64,000 nt of DNA from the human T2T-CHM13v2.0 reference genome, Homo sapiens, in the NCBI RefSeq assembly GCF_009914755.1, contig NC_060935.1. One strand, given 5' to 3'. This document shows positions 24,101 through 39,300 of this stretch, piece after piece. The notes below the pieces were generated by a model. That model saw only the letters and a program-made list of their open reading frames with translations. It was not told the origin of the DNA and ran no database searches. The translations under genes and the position numbers were made by a program. Within the stretch, counting starts at the first letter, position 1, and each line of letters starts with the position of its first letter.

Positions 24101-27100
24101 TCCTTTAGATGCAGCAGTTTCCAAACCCACTTTCTGTAGAATCTGCAAGTGGATATTTGGACTTCTCTGAGGATTTCGTTGGAAACGGGATAAACTTCCC
24201 AGAACTACACGGAAGCATTGTGAGAAACTTCTTTGTGATGTTTGCATTCAACTCACAGAGTTGAACCTTGTTTTCATAGTTCAGCTTTCAAACACTCTTT
24301 TTGTAGAATCTGCAAGTGGATATTTGGACCACTTTGTGGCCTTCCTTTGAAACGGGTATATCTTCACATCAAACCTAGACAGAAACATTCTCAGAATGTT
24401 TCCTGTGATGACTGCATTCAACTCACAGAGGTGAACAATCCTGTTGATGGAGCACTTTTGAAACTCTCTTTCTTTGGATTCTGCAAGTTGATATGTGGAC
24501 CTCTGTGAAGATTTCGTTGGAAACGGGTTCATCTTCACAGAAAAACTAAACAGAAGCATTCTCAGAAACTACTTTGTGATGTTTGTGTTCCACTTCAAGA
24601 ATTGAACTTTCCTCTTGACAGAGCAGCTCTGAAACCCTCTTTTTCTAGAATCTGCAAGTGGACATTTGGAGGGCTTTGAGGCCTGTGGTGGAAAAGGAAA
24701 ATCTTCACATAAAAACTAGATGGAAGCATTCTCAGAAACTACTTTGTGATGATTGCATTCGACTCACAGAGTTGAACATTCCTATAGATAGAGCAGGTTG
24801 TAAACAATCTTTTTGTAGAATCTGCGATTGGAGATTTGGATTGCTTTGAGGCCTACTGTAGTAAAGGAAATAACTTCATCTAAAAACCAAACGGAAGCAT
24901 TCACAGAAAATTCTTAGTGATCATTGCATTGAACTAACAGAGGTGAACATTCCTTTAGATGGCGCAGTTTCCAAACACACTTTCTGTAGAATCTGCATGT
25001 GGATATTTGGACCTCTCTGAGGATTTCGTTGGAAACGGGATAAACTTCCCAGAACTACACGGAAGCATTGTGAGAAACTTCTTTGTGATGTTTGCATTCA
25101 ACTCACAGAGTTGAACCTTGCTTTCATAGTTCAGCTTTCAAACACTCTTTTTGTAGAATCTGCAAGTGGATATTTGGACCACTTTGTGGCCTTCCTTCGA
25201 AACGGGTATATCTTCACATCAAACCTAGACAGAAGCATTCTCAGAATGTTTCCTGTAATGACTGCATTCAACTCACAGAGGTGAACAATCCTGCTGATGG
25301 AGCAGTTTTGAAACTCTCTTTCTTTGGATTCTGCAAGTGGATATGTGGACCTCTGTGAAGATTTCGTTGGAAACGGGTTCATCTTCACAGAAAAACTAAA
25401 CAGGAGCATTCTCAGAAACTGCTTTGTGATGTTTGTGTTCCACTTTAAGAATTGAACTTTCCTCTTGACAGAGCAGCTCTGAAACCCTCTTTTTCTAGAA
25501 TCTGCAAGTGGACATTTGGAGGGCTTTGAGGCCTGTGGTGGAAAAGGATAATCTTCACATAAAAACTAGATGGAAGCATTCTCAGAAACTACTTTGTGAT
25601 GATTGCATTCGACTCACAGAGTTGAACATTCCTATAGATAGAGCAGGTTGTAAACAATCTTTTTGTAGAATCTGCGATTGGAGATTTGGACTGCTTTGAG
25701 GCCTACTGTAGTAAAGGAAATAACTTCATCTAAAAATCAAACGGAAGAATTCACAGACAATTCTTAGTGGTCATTGCATTGAACTAACAGAGCTGAACAT
25801 TCCTTTAGATGGAGCAGTTTCCAAACCCACTTTCTGTAGAATCTTCAAGTGGATATTTGGACTTCTCTGAGGATTTCGTTGGAAACAGGATAAACTTCCC
25901 AGAACTACACGGAAGCATTGTGAGAAACTTCTTTGTGATGTTTGCATTCAACTCACAGAGTTGAACCTTGCTTTCATAGTTCAGCTTTCAAACACTCTTT
26001 TTGTAGAATCTGCAAGTGGATATTTGGACCACTTTGTGGCCTTCCTTCGAAACGGGTATATCTTCCCATCAAACCTAGACAGAATCATTCTCAGAATGTT
26101 TCCTGTGATGACTGCATTCAACTCACAGAGGTGAACAATCCTGTGATGGAGCACTTTTGAAACTCTCTTTCTTTGGATTCTGCAAGTTGATATGTGGACC
26201 TCTGTGAAGATTTCGTTGGAAACGGGTTCATCTTCACAGAAAAACTAAACAGAAGCATTCTCAGAAACTACTTTGTGATGTTTGTGTTCCACTTCTAGAA
26301 TTGAACTTTCCTCTTGACAGAGCAGCTCTGAAACCCTCTTTTTCTAGAATCTGCAAGTGGACATTTGGAGGGCTTTGAGGCCTGTGGTGGAAAAGGAAAA
26401 TCTTCACATAAAAACTAGATGGAAGCATTCTCAGAAACTACTTTGTGATGATTGCATTCGACTCACAGAGTTGAACATTCCTATAGATAGAGCAGGTTGT
26501 AAACAATCTTTTTGTAGAATCTGCGATTGGAGATTTGGACTGCTTTGAGGCCTACTGTAGTAAAGGAAATAACTTCATCTAAAAACCAAACGGAAGCATT
26601 CACAGACAATTCTTAGTGATCATTGCATTGAACTAACAGAGCTGAACATTCCTTTAGATGGCGCAGTTTCCAAACACACTTTCTGTAGAATCTGCAAGTG
26701 GATATTTGGACCTCTCTGAGGATTTCGTTGGAAACGGGATAAACTTCCCAGAACTACACGGAAGCATGCTGAGAAACTTCTTTGTGATGTTTGCATTCAA
26801 CTCACAGAGTTGAACCTTGCTTTCATAGTTCAGCTTTCAAACACTCTTTTTGTAGAATCTGCAAGTGGATATTTGGACCACTTTGTGGCCTTCCTTCGAA
26901 ACGGGTATATCTTCCCATCAAACCTAGACAGAAGCATTCTCAGAATGTTTCCTGTGATGACTGCATTCAACTCACAGAGGTGAACAATCCTGCTGATGGA
27001 GCAATTTTGAAACTCTCTTTCTTTGGATTCTGCAAGTGGATATGTGGACCTCTGTGAAGATTTCGTTGGAAACGGGTTCATCTTCACAGAAAAACTAAAC

Positions 27101-30100
27101 AGAAGCATTCTCAGAAACTGCTTTGTGATGTTTGTGTTCCACTTCAAGAATTGAACTTTCCTCTTGACAGAGCAGCTCTGAAACCCTCTTATTCTAGAAT
27201 CTGCAAGTGGACATTTGGAGGGCTTTGAGGCCTGTGGTGGAAAAGGAAAATCTTCACATAAAAACTAGATGGAAGCATTCTCAGAAACTACTTTGTGATG
27301 ATTGCATTCGACTCACAGAGTTGAACATTCCTATAGATAGAGCAGGTTGTAAACAATCTTTTTGTAGAATCTGCGATTGGAGATTTGGACTGCTTTGAGT
27401 CCTACTGTAGTAAAGGAAATAACTTCATCTAAAAACCAAACGGAAGCATTCACAGACAATTCTTAGTGATCATTGGATTGAACTAACAGAGCTGAACATT
27501 CCTTTAGATGGCGCAGTTTCCAAACACACTTTCTGTAGAATCTGCAAGTGGATATTTGGACTTCTCTGAGGATTTCGTTGGAAACGGGATAAACTTCCCA
27601 GAACTACACGGAAGCATTGTGAGAAACTTCTTTGTGATGTTTGCATTCAACTCACAGAGTTGAACCTTGCTTTCATAGTTCAGCTTTCAAACACTCTTTT
27701 TGTAGAATCTGCAAGTGGATATTTGGACCACTTTTTGGGCTTCCTTCGAAACGGGTATATCTTCACATCAAACCTAGACAGAAACATTCTCAGAATGTTT
27801 CCTGTGATGACTGCATTCAACTCACAGAGGTGAACAATCCTGCAGATGAAGCAGTTTTGAAACTCTCTTTCTTTGGATTCTGCAAGTGGATATGTGGACC
27901 TCTGTGAAGATTTCGTTGGAAACAGGTTCATCTTCACAGAAAAACTAAACAGAAGCATTCTGAAAAACTACTTTGTGATGTTTGTGTTCCACTTCAAGAA
28001 TTGAACTTTCCTCTTGACAGAGCAGCTCTGAAACCCTCTTTTTCTAGAATCTGCAAGTGGACATTTGGAGGGCTTTGAGGCCTGTGGTGGAAAAGGAAAA
28101 TCTTCACATAAAAACTAGATGGAAGCATTCTCAGAAACTACTTTGTGATGATTGCATTCGACTCACAGAGTTGAACATTCCTATAGATAGAGCAGGTTGT
28201 AAACAATCTTTTTCTAGAATCTGCGATTGGAGATTTGGACTGCTTTGAGGCCTACTGTAGTAAAGGAAATAACTTCATCTAAAAACCAAACGGAAGCATT
28301 CACAGACAATTCTTAGTGATCATTGCATTGAACTAACAGAGCTGAACATTCCTTTAGATGGCGCAGTTTCCAAACACACTTTCTGTAGAATCTGCAAGTG
28401 GATATTTGGACCTCTCGGAGGATTTCGTTGGAAACGGGATAAACTTCCCAGAACTACACGGAAGCATTGTGAGAAACTTCTTTGTGATGTTTGCATTCAA
28501 CTCACAGAGTTGAACCTTGCTTTCATAGTTCAGCTTTCAAACACTCTTTTTGTAGAATCTGCAAGTGGATATTTGGACCACTTTGTGGCCTTCCTTCGAA
28601 ACGGGTATATCTTCACATCAAACCTAGACAGAAGCATTCTCAGAATGTTTCCTGTGATGACTGCATTCAACTCACAGAGGTGAACAATCCTGCTGATGGA
28701 GCAGTTTTGAAACTCTCTTTCTTTGGATTCTGCAAGTGGATATGTGGACCTCTGTGAAGATTTCGTTGGAAACGGGTTCATCTTCACAGAAAAACTAAAC
28801 AGGAGCATTCTCAGAAACTGCTTTGTGATGTTTGTGTTCCACTTAAAGAATAGAACTTTCCTCTTGACAGAGCAGCTCTGAAACCCTCTTTTTCTAGAAT
28901 CTGCAAGTGGACATTTGGAGGGCTTTGAGGCCTGTGGTGGAAAAGGAAAATCTTCACATAAAAACTTTATGGAAGCATTCTCAGAAACTTCTTTGTGATG
29001 ATTGCATTCGACTCACAGAGTTGAACATTCCTATAGATAGAGCAGGTTGTAAACAATCTTTTTGTAGAATCTGCGATTGGAGATTTGGACTGCTTTGAGG
29101 CCTACTGTAGTAAAGGAAATTACTTCATCTAAAAACCAAACGGAAGCATTCACAGACAATTCTTAGTGATCATTGGATTGAACTAACAGAGCTGAACACT
29201 CCTTTAGATGCAGCAGTTTCCAAACCCACTTTCTGTAGAATCTGCAAGTGGATATTTGGACTTCTCTGAGGATTTCGTTGGAAACGGGATAAACTTCCCA
29301 GAACTACACGGAAGCATTGTGAGAAACTTCTTTGTGATGTTTGCATTCAACTCACAGAGTTGAACCTTGTTTTCATAGTTCAGCTTTCAAACACTCTTTT
29401 TGTAGAATCTGCAAGTGGATATTTGGACCACTTTGTGGCCTTCCTTCGAAACGGGTATATCTTCACATCAAACCTAGACAGAAACATTCTCAGAATGTTT
29501 CCTGTGATGACTGCATTCAACTCACAGAGGTGAACAATCCTGTTGATGGAGCACTTTTGAAACTCTCTTTCTTTGGATTCTGCAAGTTGATATGTGGACC
29601 TCTGTGAAGATTTCGTTGGAAACGGGTTCATCTTCACAGAAAAACTAAACAGAAGCATTCTCAGAAACTACTTTGTGATGTTTGTGTTCCACTTCAAGAA
29701 TTGAACTTTCCTCTTGACAGAGCAGCTCTGAAACCCTCTTTTTCTAGAATCTGCAAGTGGACATTTGGAGGGCTTTGAGGCCTGTGGTGGAAAAGGAAAA
29801 TCTTCACATAAAAACTAGATGGAAGCATTCTCAGAAACTACTTTGTGATGATTGCATTCGACTCACAGAGTTGAACATTCCTATAGATAGAGCAGGTTGT
29901 AAACAATCTTTTTGTAGAATCTGCGATTGGAGATTTGGATTGCTTTGAGGCCTACTGTAGTAAAGGAAATAACTTCATCTAAAAACCAAACGGAAGCATT
30001 CACAGAAAATTCTTAGTGATCATTGCATTGAACTAACAGAGGTGAACATTCCTTTAGATGGCGCAGTTTCCAAACACACTTTCTGTAGAATCTGCAAGTG

Positions 30101-33100
30101 GATATTTGGACCTCTCTGAGGATTTCGTTGGAAACGGGATAAACTTCCCAGAACTACACGGAAGCATTGTGAGAAACTTCTTTGTGATGTTTGCATTCAA
30201 CTCACAGAGTTGAACCTTGCTTTCATAGTTCAGCTTTCAAACACTCTTTTTGTAGAATCTGCAAGTGGATATTTGGACCACTTTGTGGCCTTCCTTCGAA
30301 ACGGGTATATCTTCACATCAAACCTAGACAGAAGCATTCTCAGAATGTTTCCTGTGATGACTGCATTCAACTCACAGAGGTGAACAATCCTGCTGATGGA
30401 GCAGTTTTGAAACTCTCTTTCTTTGGATTCTGCAAGCGGATATGTGGACCTCTGTGAAGATTTCGTTGGAAACGGGTTCATCTTCACAGAAAAACTAAAC
30501 AGGAGCATTCTCAGAAACTGCTTTGTGATGTTTGTGTTCCACTTTAAGAATTGAACTTTCCTCTTGACAGAGCAGCTCTGAAACCCTCTTTTTCTAGAAT
30601 CTGCAAGTGGACATTTGGAGGGCTTTGAGGCCTGTGGTGGAAAAGGATAATCTTCACATAAAAACTAGATGGAAGCATTCTCAGAAACTACTTTGTGATG
30701 ATTGCATTCGACTCACAGAGTTGAACATTCCTATAGATAGAGCAGGTTGTAAACAATCTTTTTGTAGAATCTGCGATTGGAGATTTGGACTGCTTTGAGG
30801 CCTACTGTAGTAAAGGAAATAACTTCATCTAAAAATCAAACGGAAGAATTCACAGACAATTCTTAGTGATCATTGCATTGAACTAACAGAGCTGAACATT
30901 CCTTTAGATGGAGCAGTTTCCAAACCCACTTTCTGTAGAATCTTCAAGTGGATATTTGGACTTCTCTGAGGATTTCGTTGGAAACGGGATAAACTTCCCA
31001 GAACTACACGGAAGCATTGTGAGAAACTTCTTTGTGATGTTTGCATTCAACTCACAGAGTTGAACCTTGCTTTCATAGTTCAGCTTTCAAACACTCTTTT
31101 TGTAGAATCTGCAAGTGGATATTTGGACCACTTTGTGGCCTTCCTTCGAAACGGGTATATCTTCCCATCAAACCTAGACAGAATCATTCTCAGAATGTTT
31201 CCTGTGATGACTGCATTCAACTCACAGAGGTGAACAATCCTGTGATGGAGCACTTTTGAAACTCTCTTTCTTTGGATTCTGCAAGTTGATATGTGGACCT
31301 CTGTGAAGATTTCGTTGGAAACGGGTTCATCTTCACAGAAAAACTAAACAGAAGCATTCTCAGAAACTACTTTGTGATGTTTGTGTTCCACTTCTAGAAT
31401 TGAACTTTCCTCTTGACAGAGCAGCTCTGAAACCCTCTTTTTCTAGAATCTGCAAGTGGACATTTGGAGGGCTTTGAGGCCTGTGGTGGAAAAGGAAAAT
31501 CTTCACATAAAAACTAGATGGAAGCATTCTCAGAAACTACTTTGTGATGATTGCATTCGACTCACAGAGTTGAACATTCCTATAGATAGAGCAGGTTGTA
31601 AACAATCTTTTTGTAGAATCTGCGATTGGAGATTTGGACTGCTTTGAGGCCTACTGTAGTAAAGGAAATAACTTCATCTAAAAACCAAACGGAAGCATTC
31701 ACAGACAATTCTTAGTGATCATTGCATTGAACTAACAGAGCTGAACATTCCTTTAGATGGCGCAGTTTCCAAACACACTTTCTGTAGAATCTGCAAGTGG
31801 ATATTTGGACCTCTCTGAGGATTTCGTTGGAAACGGGATAAACTTCCCAGAACTACACGGAAGCATGCTGAGAAACTTCTTTGTGATGTTTGCATTCAAC
31901 TCACAGAGTTGAACCTTGCTTTCATAGTTCAGCTTTCAAACACTCTTTTTGTAGAATCTGCAAGTGGATATTTGGACCACTTTTTGGCCTTCCTTCGAAA
32001 CGGGTATATCTTCACATCAAACCTAGACAGAAGCATTCTCAGAATGTTTCCTGTGATGACTGCATTCAACTCACAGAGGTGAACAATCCTGCTGATGGAG
32101 CAATTTTGAAACTCTCTTTCTTTGGATTCTGCAAGTGGATATGTGGACCTCTGTGAAGATTTCGTTGGAAACGGGTTCATCTTCACAGAAAAACTAAACA
32201 GAAGCATTCTCAGAAACTGCTTTGTGATGTTTGTGTTCCACTTCAGGAATTGAACTTTCCTCTTGACAGAGCAGCTCTGAAACCCTCTTATTCTAGAATC
32301 TGCAAGTGGACATTTGGAGGGCTTTGAGGCCTGTGGTGGAAAAGGAAAATCTTCACATAAAAACTAGATGGAAGCATTCTCAGAAACTACTTTGTGATGA
32401 TTGCATTCGACTCACAGAGTTGAACATTCCTATAGATAGAGCAGGTTGTAAACAATCTTTTTGTAGAATCTGCGATTGGAGATTTGGACTGCTTTGAGTC
32501 CTACTGTAGTAAAGGAAATAACTTCATCTAAAAACCAAACGGAAGCATTCACAGACAATTCTTAGTGATCATTGCATTGAACTAACAGAGCTGAACATTC
32601 CTTTAGATGGCGCAGTTTCCAAACCCACTTTCTGTAGAATCTGCAAGTGGATATTTGGACTTCTCTGAGGATTTCGTTGGAAACGGGATAAACTTCCCAG
32701 AACTACACGGAAGCATTGTGAGAAACTTCTTTGTGATGTTTGCATTCAACTCACAGAGTTGAACCTTGCTTTCATAGTTCAGCTTTCAAACACTCTTTTT
32801 GTAGAATCTGCAAGTGGATATTTGGACCACTTTTTGGGCTTCCTTCGAAACGGGTATATCTTCACATCAAACCTAGACAGAAACATTCTCAGAATGTTTC
32901 CTGTGATGACTGCATTCAACTCACAGAGGTGAACAATCCTGCTGATGGAGCAGTTTTGAAACTCTCTTTCTTTGGATTCTGCAAGTGGATATGTGGACCT
33001 CTGTGAAGATTTCGTTGGAAACGGGTTCATCTTCACAGAAAAACTAAACAGAAGCATTCTGAAAAACTACTTTGTGATGTTTGTGTTCCACTTCAAGAAT

Positions 33101-33395
33101 TGAACTTTCCTCTTGACAGAGCAGCTCTGAAACCCTCTTTTTCTAGAATCTGCAAGTGGACATTTGGAGGGCTTTGAGGCCTGTGGTGGAAAAGGAAAAT
33201 CTTCACATAAAAACTAGATGGAAGCATTCTCAGAAACTACTTTGTGATGATTGCATTCGACTCACAGAGTTGAACATTCCTATAGATAGAGCAGGTTGTA
33301 AACAATCTTTTTCTAGAATCTGCGATTGGAGATTTGGACTGCTTTGAGGCCTACTGTAGTAAAGGAAATAACTTCATCTAAAAACCAAACGGAAG
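18101..33395 (+). repeat. 6-HOR (30-monomer) super-repeat, three tandem copies starting near 18101, 23198 and 28297
   Basis: The same ordered variants recur at 5,097 and 5,099 offsets: CTCGGAGG, AACACTCC, GAGGTGAACATT, AATCTTCAAG, CACTTCTAGA, GAGTCCT, TTTTTGGGC. Confidence 0.9.
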
Positions 33396-36300
33396 CATTC
33401 ACAGACAATTCTTAGTGATCATTGGATTGAACTAACACAGCTGAACATTCCTTTAGATGGAGCAGTTTCCAAACACACTTTCTGTAGAATCTGCAAGTGG
33501 ATATTTGGACCTCTCTGAGGATTTCGTTGGAAACGGGATAAACTTCCCAAAACTACACAGAAGCATTCTGAGAAACTTCTTTGTGATGTTTGCATTCAAC
33601 TCACAGAGTTGAACCTTGCTTTCATACTTCAGCTTTCAAACACTCTTTTTGTAGAATCTGCAAGTGGATATTTGGACCACTTTGTGGCCTTCCTTCGAAA
33701 CGGGTATATCTTCACATCAAACCTAGACAGAAGCATTCTCAGAATGTTTCCTGTGATGACTGCATTCAACTCACAGAGGTGAACAATCCTGCTGATGGAG
33801 CAGTTTTGAAACTCTCTTTCTTTGGATTCTGCAAGTGGATATGTGGACCTCTGTGAAGATTTCGTTGGAAACGGGTTCATCTTCACAGAAAAACTAAACA
33901 GAAGCATTCTCAGAAACTGCTTTGTGATGTTTGTGTTCCACTTCAGGAATTGAACTTTCCTCTTGACAGAGCAGCTCTGAAACCCTCTTATTCTAGAATC
34001 TGCAAGTGGACATTTGGAGGGCTTTGAGGCCTGTGGTGGAAAAGGAAAATCTTCACATAAAAACTAGATGGAAGCATTCTCAGAAACTACTTTGTGATGA
34101 TTGCATTCGACTCACAGAGTTGAACATTCCTATAGATAGAGCAGGTTGTAAACAATCTTTTTCTAGAATCTGCGATTGGAGATTTGGACTGCTTTGAGGC
34201 CTACTGTAGTAAAGGAAATAACTTCATCTAAAAACCAAACGGAAGCATTCAGAGACAATTCTCAGTGATCATTGGATTGAACTAACAGAGCTGAACATTC
34301 CTTTAGATGGAGCAGTTTCCAAACAAACTTTCTGTAGAATCTGCAAGTGGATATTTGGACTTCTCTGAGAATTTCGTTGGAAAAGGGATAAACTTCCCAT
34401 AACTACACGGAAGCATTGTGAGAAACTTATTTGTGATGTTTGCATTCAACTCACAGAGTTGAACCTTGCTTTCATAGTTCAGCTTTCAAACACTCTTTTT
34501 GTAGAATCTGCAAGTGGATATTTGGACCACTTTGTGGCCTTCCTTCGAAACGGGTATATCTTCACATCAAACCTAGACAGAAGCATTCTCAGAATGTTTC
34601 CTGTGATGACTGCATTCAACTCACAGAGGTGAACAATCCTGCTGATGGAGCAGTTTTGAAACTCTCTTTCTTTGGATTCTGCATGTGGATATGTTGACCT
34701 CTGTGAAGATTTCGTTGGAAACGGGTTCATCTTCACAGAAAAACTAAACAGGAGCATTCTCAGAAACTGCTTTGTGATGTTTGTGTTCCACTTCAAGAAT
34801 TGAACTTTCCTCTTGACAGAGCAGCTCTGAAACCCTCTTTTTCTAGAATCTGCAAGTGGACATTTGGAAGGATTTGAGGCCTGTGGTGGAAAAGGAAAAT
34901 CTTCACATAAAAACTAGATGGAAGCATTCTCAGAAACTACTTTGTGATGATTGCATTCGACTCACAGAGTTGAACATTCCTATAGATAGAGCAGGTTGTA
35001 AACAATCTTTTTGTAGAATCTGCGATTGGAGATTTGGACTGCTTTGAGGCCTACTGTAGTAAAGGAAATAACTTCATCTAAAAACCAAACGGAAGCATTC
35101 ACAGACAATTCTTAGTGATCATTGCATTGAACTAACAGAGCTGAACATTCCTTTAGATGGAGCAGTTTCCAAACACACTTTCTGTAGAACCTGCAAGTGG
35201 ATATTTGGACCTCTCTGAGGATTTCGTTGGAAACGGGATAAACTTCCCAGAGCTACACGGAAGCATTGTGAGAAACTTCTTTGTGATGTTTGCATTCAAC
35301 TCACAGAGTTGAACCTTGCTTTCATAGTTCAGCTTTCAAACACTCTTTTTGTAGAATCTGCAAGTGGATATTTGGACCACTTTGTGGCCTTCCTTCGAAA
35401 CGGGTATATCTTCACATCAAACCTAGACAGAAGCATTCTCAGAATGTTTCCTGTGATGACTGCATTCAACTCACAGAGGTGAACAATCCTGCTGATGGAG
35501 CAATTTTGAAACTCTCTTTCTTTGGATTCTGCAAGTGGATATGTGGACCTCTGTGAAGATTTCGTTGGAAACGGGTTCATCTTCACAGAAAAACTAAACA
35601 GAAGCATTCTCAGAAACTGCTTTGTGATGTTTGTGTTCCACTTCAGGAATTGAACTTTCCTCTTGACAGAGCAGCTCTGAAACCCTCTTATTCTAGAATC
35701 TGCAAGTGGACATTTGGAGGGCTTTGAGGCCTGTGGTGGAAAAGGAAAATCTTCACATAAAAACTAGATGGAAGCATTCTCAGAAACTACTTTGTGATGA
35801 TTGCATTCGACTCACAGAGTTGAACATTCCTATAGATAGAGCAGGTTGTAAACAATCTTTTTGTAGAAAATGCGATTGGAGATTTGGACTGCTTTGAGGC
35901 CTACTGTAGTAAAGGAAATAACTTCATCTAAAAACCAAACGGAAGCATTCACAGACAATTCTTAGTGATCATTGGATTGAACTAACAGAGCTGAACATTC
36001 CTTTAGATGGAGCAGTTTCCAAACCCACTTTCTGTAGAATCTGCAAGTGGATATTTGGACTTCTCTGAGGATTTCGTGGGAAACGGGATAAACTTCCCAG
36101 AACTACACGGAAGCATTGTGAGAAACTTCTTTGTGATGTTTGCATTCAACTCACAGAGTTGAACCTTGCTTTCATAGTTCAGCTTTCAAACACTCTTTTT
36201 GTAGAATCTGCAAGTGGATATTTGGACCACTTTGTGGCCTTCCTTCGAAACGGGTATATCTTCACATCAAACCTAGACAGAAGCATTCTCAGAATGTTTC

Positions 36301-39300
36301 CTGTGATGACTGCATTCAACTCACAGAGGTGAACAATCCTGCTGATGGAGCAGTTTTGAAACTCTCTTTCTTTGGATTCTGCAAGTGGATATGTGGACCT
36401 CTGTGAAGATTTCGTTGGAAACGGGTTCATCTTCACAGAAAAACTAAACAGGAGCATTCTCAGAAACTGCTTTGTGATGTTTGTGTTCCACTTCAAGAAT
36501 TGAACTTTCCTCTTGACAGAACAGCTCTGAAACCCTCTTTTTCTAGAATCTGCAAGTGGACATTTGGAGGGCTTTGAGGCCTGTGGTGGAAAAGGAAAAT
36601 CTTCACATAAAAACTAGATGGAAGCATTCTCAGAAACTACTTTGTGATGATTGCATTCGACGCACAGAGTTGAACATTCCTATAGATAGAGCAGGTTGTA
36701 AACAATCTTTTTGTAGAATCTGCGATTGGAGATTTGGACTGCTTTGAGGCCTACTGTAGTAAAGGAAATAACTTCATCTAAAAACCAAACGGAAGCATTC
36801 ACAGACAATTCTTAGTGATCATTGCATTGAACTAACAGAGCTGAACATTCCTTTAGATGGAGCAGTTTCCAAACCCACTTTCTGTAGAATCTTCAAGTGG
36901 ATATTTGGACTTCTCTGAGGATTTCGTTGGAAACGGGATAAACTTCCCAGAACTACACGGAAGCATTGTGAGAAACTTCTTTGTGATGTTTGCATTCAAC
37001 TCACAGAGTTGAACCTTGCTTTCATAGTTCAGCTTTCAAACACTCTTTTTGTAGAATCTGCAAGTGGATATTTGGACCACTTTGTGGCCTTCCTTCGAAA
37101 CGGGTATATCTTCCCATCAAACCTAGACAGAAGCATTCTCAGAATGTTTCCTGTGATGACTGCATTCAACTCACAGAGGTGAACAATCCTGTTGATGGAG
37201 CACTTTTGAAACTCTCTTTCTTTGGATTCTGCAAGTTGATATGTGGACCTCTGTGAAGATTTCGTTGGAAACGGGTTCATCTTCACAGAAAAACTAAACA
37301 GAAGCATTCTCAGAAACTAGTTTGTGATGTTTGTGTTCCACTTCTAGAATTGAACTTTCCTCTTGACAGAGCAGCTCTGAAACCCTCTTTTTCTAGAATC
37401 TGCAAGTGGACATTTGGAGGGCTTTGAGGCCTGTGGTGGAAAAGGAAAATCTTCACATAAAAACTAGATGGAAGCATTCTCAGAAACTACTTTGTGATGA
37501 TTGCATTCGACTCACAGAGTTGAACATTCCTATAGATAGAGCAGGTTGTAAACAATCTTTTTGTAGAATCTGCGATTGGAGATTTGGACTGCTTTGAGGC
37601 CTACTGTAGTAAAGGAAATAACTTCATCTAAAAACCAAACGGAAGCATTCACAGACAATTCTTAGTGATCATTGCATTCAACTAACAGAGCTGAACATTC
37701 CTTTAGATGGCGCAGTTTCCAAACACACTTTCTGTAGAATCTGCAAGTGGATATTTGGACCTCTCTGAGGATTTCGTTGGAAACGGGATAAACTTCCCAG
37801 AACTACACGGAAGCATGCTGAGAAACTTCTTTGTGATGTTTGCATTCAACTCACAGAGTTGAACCTTGCTTTCATAGTTCAGCTTTCAAACACTCTTTTT
37901 GTAGAATCTGCAAGTGGATATTTGGACCACTTTGTGGCCTTCCTTCGAAACGGGTATATCTTCACATCAAACCTAGACAGAAGCATTCTCAGAATGTTTC
38001 CTGTGATGACTGCATTCAACTCACAGAGGTGAACAATCCTGCTGATGGAGCAATTTTGAAACTCTCTTTCTTTGGATTCTGCAAGTGGATATGTGGACCT
38101 CTGTGAAGATTTCGTTGGAAACGGGTTCATCTTCACAGAAAAACTAAACAGAAGCATTCTCAGAAACTGCTTTGTGATGTTTGTGTTCCACTTCAGGAAT
38201 TGAACTTTCCTCTTGACAGAGCAGCTCTGAAACCCTCTTATTCTAGAATCTGCAAGTGGACATTTGGAGGGCTTTGAGGCCTGTGGTGGAAAAGGAAAAT
38301 CTTCACATAAAAACTAGATGGAAGCATTCTCAGAAACTACTTTGTGATGATTGCATTCGACTCACAGAGTTGAACATTCCTATAGATAGAGCAGGTTGTA
38401 AACAATCTTTTTGTAGAATCTGCGATTGGAGATTTGGACTGCTTTGAGGCCTACTGTAGTAAAGGAAATAACTTCATCTAAAAACCAAACGGAAGCATTC
38501 ACAGACAATTCTTAGTGATCATTGCATTGAACTAACAGAGCTGAACATTCCTTTAGATGGCGCAGTTTCCAAACACACTTTCTGTAGAATCTGCAAGTGG
38601 ATATTTGGACTTCTCTGAGGATTTCGTTGGAAACGGGATAAACTTCCCAGAACTACACGGAAGCATTGTGAGAAACTTCTTTGTGATGTTTGCATTCAAC
38701 TCACAGAGTTGAAACTTGCTTTCATAGTTCAGCTTTCAAACACTCTTTTTGTAGAATCTGCAAGTGGATATTTGGACCACTTTGTGGCCTTCCTTCGAAA
38801 CGGGTATATCTTCACATCAAACCTAGACATAAGCATTCTCAGAATGTTTCCTGTGAAGACTGCATTCAACTCACAGAGATGAACAATCCTGTTGATGGAG
38901 CACTTTGGAAACTCTCTTTCTTTGGATTCTGCAAGTTGATATGTGGACCTCTGTGAAGATTTCGTTGGAAACGGGTTCATCTTCACAGAAAAACTAAACA
39001 GAAGCATTCTCAAAAACTACTTTGTGATGTTTGTGTTCCACTTCAAGAATTGAACTTTCCTCTTGACAGAGCAGTTCTGAAAACCTCTTTTTCTAGAATC
39101 TGCAAGTGGACATTTGGAGGGCTTTGAGGCCTGTGGTGGAAAAGGAAAATCTTCACATAAAAACTAGATGGAAGCATTCTCAGAAACTACTTTGTGATGA
39201 TTGCATTCGACTCACAGAGTTGAACATTCCTATAGATAGAGCAGGTTGTAAACAATCTTTTTGTAGAATCTGCGATTGGAGATTTGGATTGCTTTGAGGC

